Virus record (IMG/VR): IMGVR_UViG_3300021440_000016
DNA: 64,000 nt
Origin: a virus
Lineage: Duplodnaviria > Heunggongvirae > Uroviricota > Caudoviricetes
Reading direction: 5' to 3' (one strand)
Translations under genes and position numbers: made by a program
Part shown: piece by piece, positions 35,830-44,540 of the stretch
How the letters are laid out: each line of letters opens with the position of its first letter
How positions within the stretch are numbered: position 1 is the stretch's first letter
Notes under the pieces: model-generated
What the model saw: the letters and a program-made list of their open reading frames with translations, nothing else
Database searches by the model: none
What the model was told of the DNA's origin: nothing

Positions 35830-36626
35830 AGCGTACCCTATTATTTTTAACTGGATTCGCCCTAGCTGGCGTTGTTGTTTATAACCTTAATCGGCCTGCT
35901 ACTCCCGTAGAGCCCATTTCTACTACAGTGGACCAAGAGGCCTCTGTAACCGCTGCTGCTGCTCCTCAGTCAGACACGCCGTTGACTGGTGCTGCGAAGC
36001 ACCGAGGAGTTACCAAAAAGATCCTAGTCATTAAGCCTAACTCAGATCGAGTGCTACGTCTTTACGGCGAAGTTAACGAGATGTCTCTTCTTGTAGCGGA
36101 TCAGATTAAGGTTCTAAGTGCTCAAAGTAAAGAACCTATCTACCTGCTCATTAATTCGCCCGGCGGTTCAGTACTAGATGGTGCTCAGATTGTTTCCGCG
36201 ATCGAAGGTTCCGTGGCCCCTGTTTACACTGTTTGTGAGCAGCTCTGTGCTTCTATGGCAGCGATTATCCACCAGTACGGCAAGGAGCGCTTAATGTATG
36301 ATCGCTCTATTCTCATGTTCCACAACGCCGCCGGTGGCGCTCAAGGCTACGTTCCTCAGATGCTTTCTCGCCTTAATGTGATCAATCGTTATGTCAATAA
36401 GATGCAAGCGCATATCGCAGCTCGCGCTGGCGTTGATCTTACCACGTGGCTAAATCGCATGGGTGATGAAATCTGGATCGACGCAGAGGATGCGACGGCT
36501 TCTAATCTTAACGATAAGATTGTTAACGTTATTCCCGAAGCTAAAGCCGGCAGTGCTCTAATCCCTTCTGGCCCTCCAGCTAACAAGGCTAAGGCAAAGA
36601 TCGATCTTAACTGGTCTGGAGAATAA
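35826..36626 (+). CDS. membrane-anchored ClpP/SppA-fold serine protease (NfeD-like)
   Basis: N-terminal TM; LINSPGGSVLDG, catalytic-Ser context EQLCASMAA, His context LMFHNAAGG. Confidence 0.55.
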   Translation: MKRTLLFLTGFALAGVVVYNLNRPATPVEPISTTVDQEASVTAAAAPQSDTPLTGAAKHRGVTKKILVIKPNSDRVLRLYGEVNEMSLLVADQIKVLSAQSKEPIYLLINSPGGSVLDGAQIVSAIEGSVAPVYTVCEQLCASMAAIIHQYGKERLMYDRSILMFHNAAGGAQGYVPQMLSRLNVINRYVNKMQAHIAARAGVDLTTWLNRMGDEIWIDAEDATASNLNDKIVNVIPEAKAGSALIPSGPPANKAKAKIDLNWSGE

Positions 36627-36627
36627 T

Positions 36628-36873
36628 ATGAATAATAAGCTATGTTACCCTGTAACTGTAGTCGGTTCGGAAGGACCTTCAGCTAGGATACCAGTTCTTA
36701 GAATTCTTTATTCTTCTAATACAAATCAAGTAGCTCTAATTCTAGCCGAAAGTGAGTCGTCGGCCGCTCCCTTCCTAACCCACAGCGAACTATCTAAGCT
36801 AGAAAAAGAGCAAGAACAACTGCTTATCCTTCCAACAGTGGAAGAACTTAGAGCACAAAAGCTAGGACAGTAA
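36628..36873 (+). CDS. hypothetical protein
   Basis: ORF only. Confidence 0.3.
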   Translation: MNNKLCYPVTVVGSEGPSARIPVLRILYSSNTNQVALILAESESSAAPFLTHSELSKLEKEQEQLLILPTVEELRAQKLGQ

Positions 36874-36874
36874 T

Positions 36875-37120
36875 ATGCAATATCTACTAGGGCTCATCGC
36901 ACTTCTCGGTCTAGGATTCCTCTTCAAATCAAAACAAGCTTCTACTGCCGAAGCTCTACTAGATAATCAGAAAGCCAAGGAAGGCTTAAATAAAGTAGAT
37001 CAAATTATTTCAAAAAACACCGACCTACTAGAAGCCGAAGACCAAAAACGTAAGGAGATTACCAATGTATCCTCGCAAGAGCTTATCGATTTTGTTAATA
37101 ATCTCAAGTCTGATAAGTAA
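36875..37120 (+). CDS. small membrane protein (N-terminal TM, charged C-terminus)
   Basis: LLGLIALLGLGFLF helix then a K/E-rich region. Confidence 0.35.
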   Translation: MQYLLGLIALLGLGFLFKSKQASTAEALLDNQKAKEGLNKVDQIISKNTDLLEAEDQKRKEITNVSSQELIDFVNNLKSDK

Positions 37121-37442
37121 TCTCTCCTTCGCGGAGGAGGCTGTTCTCCTTTCTAAAGGAGAGGCAGCCCCCTACTCAGGTGCTCTTCTCCCAGTGGACA
37201 AGCTCCAAGAACTGCGTAAAGCTTATTTAGAAAAAGATTCATTAAGCAGATCGATTGAGCTTTACAAATCTAACGAATTACTGTACACTAAAAAAGTAGA
37301 CGTATTATCTGAACAGAATGACAGGTTAGCTAAAACCGCTTACGAAGAGCGCAACATGTCTACACTGGAAAAAATTGGATATTTCGGACTCGGAGCTATA
37401 CTAACGGGGCTAGTTGCATATGGAATATACAGGACAAAGTGA
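37065..37442 (+). CDS. membrane protein with N-terminal signal and C-terminal TM; overlaps the previous gene out of frame
   Basis: Signal-like N-terminus, cleavage-like SFA-EE; C-terminal GYFGLGAILTGLVAYGIY helix. Confidence 0.35.
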   Translation: MYPRKSLSILLIISSLISNLSFAEEAVLLSKGEAAPYSGALLPVDKLQELRKAYLEKDSLSRSIELYKSNELLYTKKVDVLSEQNDRLAKTAYEERNMSTLEKIGYFGLGAILTGLVAYGIYRTK

Positions 37443-37603
37443 GCCTTACACCTACGATAATCTATTAAATAGTGGGACTGGCAAGGCCGACTGCATGGAA
37501 GCCACTATTGGAAATTGTCTTTATAAGCTAGAAATTAGCGGTAATGTAATACATCAGTACACCCCTCCTCTTATTAGAACTGTAGAATTCGCAGTCTACA
37601 TGT

Positions 37604-38311
37604 ATGCCCAAAAATACACATTCTAATAAAAGACTACCAGCTAATTTAACTGTCGAAGATCTTCTCGACTCACTCGAACAAGAAGACGACGCAGAAGCAA
37701 CGCCATCCGTCAATGACGACGTGCTGAGCTTTCTGTTAGCCTTTGACATTAAAGCTGGTACAGAACCTGTATCTCCTCGACTCCTACGCGAATTGTTTAA
37801 TAAGTGGACCCCAAACACTCTGGATGCCGCAACGTTTCACTACAGGATTACCAAGTATTTACCTAAACGCCGCATTGGTCAACAGTATTTAGTATCAGTA
37901 GATAAGGCTTCTTGGAAAATCTCAGAAGAGATACAGAAGCTAATTTTAAGCAACACCAGAGATAAAACTAAGTCCAGAGCCTATAAACGGCATTTTGACA
38001 ACTTTTTAAAGAAATACAATATCAAACCCGGAACCTTCTTCGTAGAAAGCTATATATTATACTACTTATACGATAAGTGGGTATACGGAATTAGGAAAAC
38101 TAACGGGTTGGGCGAAAAACAATTTATTAATTTCTGTAAACTCTACTTTAAAGTTAAACGAAACTCAAAAAGCAGAGTCATGTGGTTCGGGATAGATAAA
38201 GATTCTATCCTAAAGGTCATTAGTATAAATAAAATGTACTCTATTAGAAAAGCTAGGAAACGACGCTATGGCATCAAAGCCAATAAAAAGAAACAAGAGA
38301 AGCAAATCTAG
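37604..38311 (+). CDS. hypothetical basic protein
   Basis: ORF; Lys/Arg-rich C-terminus. Confidence 0.35.
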   Translation: MPKNTHSNKRLPANLTVEDLLDSLEQEDDAEATPSVNDDVLSFLLAFDIKAGTEPVSPRLLRELFNKWTPNTLDAATFHYRITKYLPKRRIGQQYLVSVDKASWKISEEIQKLILSNTRDKTKSRAYKRHFDNFLKKYNIKPGTFFVESYILYYLYDKWVYGIRKTNGLGEKQFINFCKLYFKVKRNSKSRVMWFGIDKDSILKVISINKMYSIRKARKRRYGIKANKKKQEKQI

Positions 38312-38795
38312 GTATCCTGCGGTAGATCCTCAGCTGAACCTAAAAACTAGGTATGAAGAAATTGAGGATATCGCTTCTTATTTTAAGACTTTGCCAGATA
38401 CCGCTAAGGACTTCATGCATTCCTTCGTAGAAGAGTACGTGAATGCGAAGTTCGATCACAAGGGTAAGAAGATTTATAGGAAAAAGGTAGATAAGAGGGC
38501 GATCTATAATCGCAATAACGCCAGAAACCGCGATGTACTAACCAAAGCTAAAGCCTGCGGTCAGCATGTTGACTTAGACAGTACTCAGCTAAAGAAGAGT
38601 AGTAAGGCCGAGAACTTAACTTGGGGTATGGATGCTTTGCCAGCGATTAAAGAGAAACGAACCTCAGAACTTAGGCACATTCTAAGTCTGATGGAGGACG
38701 TGGCGGGGGAAGACAAATTGACTATTAAGCTTCAGATAGAAGAGGAACTAAAGAAGCGAAAGTTTTTATTTAAGAGATCGAGAAAAGCTCGATAA
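38268..38795 (+). CDS. hypothetical basic protein
   Basis: ORF; last + strand gene before the convergent junction. Confidence 0.35.
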   Translation: MASKPIKRNKRSKSRYPAVDPQLNLKTRYEEIEDIASYFKTLPDTAKDFMHSFVEEYVNAKFDHKGKKIYRKKVDKRAIYNRNNARNRDVLTKAKACGQHVDLDSTQLKKSSKAENLTWGMDALPAIKEKRTSELRHILSLMEDVAGEDKLTIKLQIEEELKKRKFLFKRSRKAR

Positions 38796-39051
38796 GAACG
38801 CGAGCGATAGCAGCGATAGAAGCTACTATACCGATTGCCTTTACTACGCCGCTTACGGCAGCAACATGGCTTTGAATAGGTTTAAAGTCCTTGCGAAGAA
38901 TGTCTAAACTCTCTTCTAGCATATCGGACCTTTTCATATGAGCCTTGAGATTTTCTTCTTGCTTTGCAACAATTACATTTAGTTTTGAATGGCTTTCAGC
39001 TAGCCGCTCAACTTTATCGTAAATCCTCTCAAGCATATCTTTATCAGCCAT
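38770..39051 (-). CDS. hypothetical protein (last gene of late block)
   Basis: ORF; C-terminal hydrophobic stretch. Confidence 0.35.
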   Translation of the reverse strand: MADKDMLERIYDKVERLAESHSKLNVIVAKQEENLKAHMKRSDMLEESLDILRKDFKPIQSHVAAVSGVVKAIGIVASIAAIARVLIELFSIS

Positions 39052-39060
39052 AACTACCTC

Positions 39061-40821
39061 TTATTCTGCAATCAGACCTCTTTCCTTGAGCAATCTACGA
39101 GTATCGGGTTGAGATGCAAGGACGAATAGTGCTGCGTTTCTAGCTGCCATATCCTTATTGGCTAGAGCGCGTTGAAGAGCACTTCCGTAATGCTCATATC
39201 CTTTTTCTTGATTTAATGTATCCGCTACAGATGAAAGCTGATCATCGGACATTGAATATAGGTTTTTACTATCCCCAGCTGGACCTCTCGCTGGAGAATT
39301 ACTCTCCGCCTGAGGGTCTTTCTTAGAACTGAAGGGGTTGAATTCTTGAACAACTTCTTGACTTTCAGGAGAAGCTATGGTTTTTTTAGTAATGGCTGAG
39401 AGAGCTTGTGCTGGTTTTTCACCCACAGTAGAGCCTAGGGTCTTGGACATATCCCCCATCGCATTGGCTTTTGCCACAGCTAGGTCTTCTGAACCTAAGT
39501 TCTTAATTACATCCTTTACTATCGCCCACTTAGGGTTATAGACATGCTCAGCCCCGCTAGAAAGCTTGATACCTTGATCACCCTTAATAAGCTTCGCTCC
39601 TAGAGCCCTTGAAGCGGCGATTAGACCGCCGGCTTGCCGATTGTTTTGCGCAATTTGAGTACCAAGTCCGGGGTCAGCTAAATTAGCCAAGTCTTCGATA
39701 TGAGTTTTGATAGTTTCTCCGATATCGGCGGCCATTCTTTCCCAGCTTTGAATACTTCTGGGAGGAATCTGATTAGCTCTCTTATAAGCTACAATTTCTG
39801 CGTAGATATCAGACGCTTGCTGATAAGCCGCTCTTTTAATCTGGTTTAGACGTACGGGGTCATTTCCCGCTGCCTTAAGCTTTAGAATATAATCTTGTAC
39901 TTTTGGGGCAATATCTGAAGAAAACTCGTTAGTTACGTCGCTAGACATATCCGACATTTTGTCTAATGCGTCTTGAAGAAGCTTATAAACCTTATCACCG
40001 GCATCTCCGCCAACAGATTGTGCTACTTCTTCGGGGTTCATCTCTTGTAGAACGTTACCGGCTTTAGCTAGCATTGGCTGTAGATTTTTTTCTGCCTCCG
40101 CCGCTGCTTCTCGAATACGATTAAAGCCTTGTTCTGATACGCCTTCTTTCAATGAACCAGACTTTAGTAGAGCTTCGCCGATCTTTTGGCGATTTGATTC
40201 CATGCCCTTTGCCCCAGCGGCATAAGCCAGCGACTGTTCCGCTTCTTTTTTAAGAGCAGAAGGGGATAGAGCGTTGCCAATCGTCTTGGCTACTCCGTGT
40301 CCTACTGCGCCTAGGCCTGCGCCTAGAAGAGCATTGGAGGCATCTCCAGCGACACTGTCAGCTTCGGAGGTACCGAGCCCTGCAGCGGCTCCTAGGGTCA
40401 TTGCGCCCTTTACATTAGTAGGAGAGAAAAACTTAGCGAGGGCTCCTGCTTTGCTGATTGCCCCAACTTCCCCAAGTCCCGGAATGACCAAGCCACCTGC
40501 AACGTTTCCCGCAAAGTAACTCTTGGGATTGGCCTGCTCGGCCATGGCGTTTTTGGTACGCTCCATGTCCCTGTACTTCTCGTATAACTCTTTTAGCTTG
40601 CCTAGCTTATCATCAGAGGATAGGATCGCTCCGGGACTGGTAGCTGCTCCCAAAGCTCCAGCGATTTCATCTGAAGTACCTAAGGTAAGCCCCTGAACAC
40701 CACCACGAGCGGCTGACTCTAGCTCAGAAATATCTGAATTAACAGGAGAAGTCGCCTCCTCCATAGGAAGAGTTTCATTATAATCTACTGGAGAGGTATC
40801 TTCGTATTTAGGTGTGTCCAT
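39061..40821 (-). CDS. Ala/Gly-rich virion protein (internal/ejection candidate)
   Basis: Low-complexity A/G-rich 586 aa; position in the late block. Confidence 0.35.
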   Translation of the reverse strand: MDTPKYEDTSPVDYNETLPMEEATSPVNSDISELESAARGGVQGLTLGTSDEIAGALGAATSPGAILSSDDKLGKLKELYEKYRDMERTKNAMAEQANPKSYFAGNVAGGLVIPGLGEVGAISKAGALAKFFSPTNVKGAMTLGAAAGLGTSEADSVAGDASNALLGAGLGAVGHGVAKTIGNALSPSALKKEAEQSLAYAAGAKGMESNRQKIGEALLKSGSLKEGVSEQGFNRIREAAAEAEKNLQPMLAKAGNVLQEMNPEEVAQSVGGDAGDKVYKLLQDALDKMSDMSSDVTNEFSSDIAPKVQDYILKLKAAGNDPVRLNQIKRAAYQQASDIYAEIVAYKRANQIPPRSIQSWERMAADIGETIKTHIEDLANLADPGLGTQIAQNNRQAGGLIAASRALGAKLIKGDQGIKLSSGAEHVYNPKWAIVKDVIKNLGSEDLAVAKANAMGDMSKTLGSTVGEKPAQALSAITKKTIASPESQEVVQEFNPFSSKKDPQAESNSPARGPAGDSKNLYSMSDDQLSSVADTLNQEKGYEHYGSALQRALANKDMAARNAALFVLASQPDTRRLLKERGLIAE

Positions 40822-40822
40822 A

Positions 40823-42985
40823 TTACTCGTACCTTAGGAACTTTTTAGAATTACGATCAAATACTGCGATCCTGCCATCCTTGGTTTTACGACGCTCTTC
40901 GTTCGAAGCCGGAGCCGTTTTAGCAGAGGAAGTGGAAGTCTGCGCAGGTTTCTGATGTGCATCACCATACTGCTTCTTAGCATCTACGTAAACGTTTAAT
41001 GCACGCTTAACGTGGTCATTATCAGTTGACTTTAGGCGAGTTTCTGCTAGGTCTGCTTTACGTATAACCTCATCAGCCTCAAAACCCTTATTCATCTGAC
41101 TCATAATACGAGTTACGTAATCGAGAACTTCTGGGCTAGACTTACGTAGATCCTGAATCTTGCCAGTAAACTTCTGTTTATACTTATCCATCATGATTTT
41201 AGCAGTCTGGATGTCCGTATCTTTTACGAAAGACTGAGCAACAGTAGTGGTTCCGGTCATACCAGCAGCCATTTCGCGCATGATATCCTTGAAGATTTCT
41301 GGAGAAATAGGTTCGCCGCTCTGAAGCATCTGAAGACCGCGCTGTAGAGATTGCTTACGTTGAATGGTGCGCTGAACCACTGGATCTTTTTCAATAGCGT
41401 TAATGGTTCGCTCGCGTAACCCTTCACTACGAATGGCTCTATTAAGATCTTGGCTGGAGTTGCGAGTTTTAGCGTTCTCTTCCGCGATCAACTTCCGCAT
41501 AGCAGCGCTTTCACGAGCCTGAAGGAGCTTTTCAACTACTGGGAATTGTTCTTTAAGTTGCTGAGCAGAAACATTCGCTGGAATATCAATATTAAGAGTC
41601 TTCTTGATAAATTCACGAGAAGATACGGAAACGTCGCTATTGGGATCTAGGCGAGCCATCTCCATCTTTTGCTTGAATTGTTCTGGAATCTGCTGAGCTA
41701 CCGCGATATTGGTATCGAAAATCTTATCGTGAAGCTCCGTTGGTTTTACAACGCCTTGTGTTGCTGTAATGCCAGAGCCAATTAAGGACCCAGCTTTACC
41801 GAGCTGAGCATTAAGAATGCCCTCATTAGCGCCATGCTGAGCTTGGGCGAACTGTTGCATAATGCTAGCTTCTGGATTAGTAGGAGCAGTCGAGACAGCA
41901 GGGGTCCGGCCGGGCGCAGTGGCGGCTGCCTTAGATGGAAGTCCAGAACCTAGTCCAGAAGAGGGAGGAGTCTCTTCATCAACTGGCTCCACAGGGGTTT
42001 CTTGTTGAGTAGCCTGCTGATATGGGAGCATACCAGCGGCTTTTTTAGCAGCAAGACCCTGAGCAAATTTATCTATAGCAGCTTGTTCTTCTGGGCTTAG
42101 CCGTTCCCGTAAGCGCTTAGACACGGATTCTTCTGAATCTTCCCCCGGTCCTACAGAGATAGGAGTCGGATCTAGGAAGGCAGAGGTAGCTGCGACAGGA
42201 GTACTAAGAGCTAATCTGCCGGCGCTCATTCCTAGTTTTCCCAGACCGGATAGTGCAGCATCTCCGCCGGCTAAGGCTCCCTTGGAGGCGCCAGAGGCTA
42301 GCTTGGCTGTGTCCACGCCGCTTACGCCTAGGAATCTATTGGATTTTACGGCACTGCCAAGATCTTCAGCAGCTTCTGCCATCGTAGGAGCTTCGATTTT
42401 ATGGGAGAAAAGTTCTTTAATCTTTTCAACAGGAAGTCTAGAAGCTAAGTTATCAAGCCAACTTTTTGGTGTACTATCAACAGCGGCCTGCATCGCACTA
42501 GAGGCAGAGCTTGGATTTATTTCAGACATGGCCTTTTGCGCAACTGACGTTGCTTTATTCGTCGGCAACTGAGCTAGCTCTTCTGGAGAAGCCATGCGCT
42601 CAAAACCAGAAGAAGAAGGCACGTTAGTAATCAAATCATCCCCAACAGTTCCTTTTGCCGCTCGGCTCAGCTTCTCAATAGCCTCAAATCTACGAAGTGG
42701 AGGAGTATTAGAGATAACCCCTTCCCCTACAGAACCCTTAGCGGCGTTAGTAAGCTTCTCTGCGGCTGCTTCGCGCGCCTTAACAGCGGGAGCCTTTAAG
42801 TCTTCGGGACTAATGACATCCCCTAATTTCGCGATAGGCTTATTTGCTTGGGAGGCTAGCTCCGCATTGCGGTCAGCAATGTCTTTGCTAGCGGTATCCA
42901 TAGCCTCTGAAGCGCCAGTCTCGCCCTTAGCCCACTTTAGATATTCTTTTAATTGTTCGGGAGTGAAATCGCTTAGATCGGCCAT
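40823..42985 (-). CDS. virion internal protein candidate (720 aa)
   Basis: Low-complexity A/S/K-rich; coupled to neighbouring genes. Confidence 0.35.
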   Translation of the reverse strand: MADLSDFTPEQLKEYLKWAKGETGASEAMDTASKDIADRNAELASQANKPIAKLGDVISPEDLKAPAVKAREAAAEKLTNAAKGSVGEGVISNTPPLRRFEAIEKLSRAAKGTVGDDLITNVPSSSGFERMASPEELAQLPTNKATSVAQKAMSEINPSSASSAMQAAVDSTPKSWLDNLASRLPVEKIKELFSHKIEAPTMAEAAEDLGSAVKSNRFLGVSGVDTAKLASGASKGALAGGDAALSGLGKLGMSAGRLALSTPVAATSAFLDPTPISVGPGEDSEESVSKRLRERLSPEEQAAIDKFAQGLAAKKAAGMLPYQQATQQETPVEPVDEETPPSSGLGSGLPSKAAATAPGRTPAVSTAPTNPEASIMQQFAQAQHGANEGILNAQLGKAGSLIGSGITATQGVVKPTELHDKIFDTNIAVAQQIPEQFKQKMEMARLDPNSDVSVSSREFIKKTLNIDIPANVSAQQLKEQFPVVEKLLQARESAAMRKLIAEENAKTRNSSQDLNRAIRSEGLRERTINAIEKDPVVQRTIQRKQSLQRGLQMLQSGEPISPEIFKDIMREMAAGMTGTTTVAQSFVKDTDIQTAKIMMDKYKQKFTGKIQDLRKSSPEVLDYVTRIMSQMNKGFEADEVIRKADLAETRLKSTDNDHVKRALNVYVDAKKQYGDAHQKPAQTSTSSAKTAPASNEERRKTKDGRIAVFDRNSKKFLRYE

Positions 42986-42993
42986 ATATCCCC

Positions 42994-44160
42994 TTACGAA
43001 CGAGCAGAAATTGGACTACCATCAGCCTGCATAGGGCCAATTGCTACGTTTTTATTATCTGGATAAAGACGCTTCATCATTTGCTGCCAGTTAGACTGTT
43101 GTTGTTCCGCTTGGGTCTTTTTAAACTGGAAATCTCTATCTAAATTAGTCTGGGTTTGATCCGCCGCCGCCTTTTGCATTTGTGCAGTCTTTTCGGCGTT
43201 CATGTAATTGTTGATTCCACCAAGGCCAGCAGCCACACCCTGTCCGATGTTAGACCAACCTTGAGCAATCCCCTGAGCATTCTGCGTATGGGTTTGAGCC
43301 TGTTGATTAGCGGAATTAGCCTTCATACCGGCAAGAGCGGCTGCGTTTTGGAAGTTCTGTTGCTCACCTTGCCGTTGGCGATAAAGTTCAGAGTTAGCGT
43401 TAGAAACGTTTTGATTCGAGAGAGCCTGCTGATTCATAACGTCATACTGCGCTGCTTGATTAGTGGCGGCGGTATTACGTTGCTGCTGAGCAACTTGGTT
43501 CTGTACGTCAAACATCTTAAAGGCATCAGCAGCCTGAGCCTTAGCAGCCTCATTAGAAAAGTCCTGAGAGCGCACTGAGCCAGCCATTTGACCAAGTTGG
43601 CCAAGAGCAGACATGCGAGCGGCTTCCTGTTCAGAAGCAATACGGTCGGCAGCTTCAGCTTCGCTTTGGGCGCCTCCCTGAGAGGCGGAGAGGGCTGCCG
43701 CTAATTCAGTACCGCTACCAGCCTGACCACGCGCTTGCATGGACTGCATAAGCTGTTGACGCTTAGCTTCGGCGTCTTGCTGGGCTTGAGCGCGAGCTTT
43801 ATTAAACTCAGCACGACCAGTGGCAGTTAGGCCAGTGTCCGCGATACCCTGAAGAGCATTGAGCGTAGCCATCTGCTTTTGGCGAAGAGCAGGATCTTCT
43901 TGAACCTGAGACATCTTAGAAATGCCAGCATCGATGTGCTGTTCCATTTCCGGTTTCCAAACGCCCGCAGATTTAAGTTTCTGAATAATAATAGGGCGAG
44001 CTTGATCGGGAGGGAGCTGGAGGGAGTTAATCTGATCCTGAGCAGCCTGAAGAGCTTGGGAAGCCTTTGCACGCTCATCACCGGACGCAAGTAAGCCACC
44101 GATACCGCCAGCGATACCGGAGACTGCACTACCAATTGCTAAAGCTGTTCCTAATGCCAT
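42994..44160 (-). CDS. Gln/Ala-rich virion protein
   Basis: N-terminal Gly-rich hydrophobic helix then a Q/A-rich coiled region. Confidence 0.35.
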   Translation of the reverse strand: MALGTALAIGSAVSGIAGGIGGLLASGDERAKASQALQAAQDQINSLQLPPDQARPIIIQKLKSAGVWKPEMEQHIDAGISKMSQVQEDPALRQKQMATLNALQGIADTGLTATGRAEFNKARAQAQQDAEAKRQQLMQSMQARGQAGSGTELAAALSASQGGAQSEAEAADRIASEQEAARMSALGQLGQMAGSVRSQDFSNEAAKAQAADAFKMFDVQNQVAQQQRNTAATNQAAQYDVMNQQALSNQNVSNANSELYRQRQGEQQNFQNAAALAGMKANSANQQAQTHTQNAQGIAQGWSNIGQGVAAGLGGINNYMNAEKTAQMQKAAADQTQTNLDRDFQFKKTQAEQQQSNWQQMMKRLYPDNKNVAIGPMQADGSPISARS

Positions 44161-44540
44161 TAGTCGATCCTCTTAACCAAATTCGTCATGCTTGTATCAG
44201 TAACTACAAAACCATGATCTTTATATCTTTCAATAAGGCCTTTATGCGTAGCTGAGGTAAAAATAGCCTTAAATCCTAACTCTTTAGCTCTACTATATAG
44301 TTGTTCAATTAACAAATCTAGAGCTTTATTTCTTTCTAGTTTTTCTGATCTCGGATTAGAAATTATAAACTCTAACCATGCGATTTTACTATCTGTTTTG
44401 TATAGAAATCCGGCACAAATATTATTAATAATAAAACCGTGTTCTGGCAGCATATCTTGATCTGGAGCCATCCAGCCATGACCAGCCCACCACGAACAAA
44501 GTTCCCAATAATCTAACCGATTATATGGTTTAATTTCCAT
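44160..44540 (-). CDS. AT-rich inserted ORF, possible GNAT-like acetyltransferase
   Basis: About 33% GC versus about 48% in the flanks. Weak GNAT-like pattern AWLEFIIS...ALDLLIEQL...GFKAI. Confidence 0.25.
   Translation of the reverse strand: MEIKPYNRLDYWELCSWWAGHGWMAPDQDMLPEHGFIINNICAGFLYKTDSKIAWLEFIISNPRSEKLERNKALDLLIEQLYSRAKELGFKAIFTSATHKGLIERYKDHGFVVTDTSMTNLVKRID

Noticed and set aside
38768-38790. Bidirectional terminator at the convergent junction (ATCGAG-AAAAG-CTCGAT hairpin)
   Set aside because: It lies within the overlapping 3' ends of two ORFs and lacks flanking U-tracts. Too weak to call.
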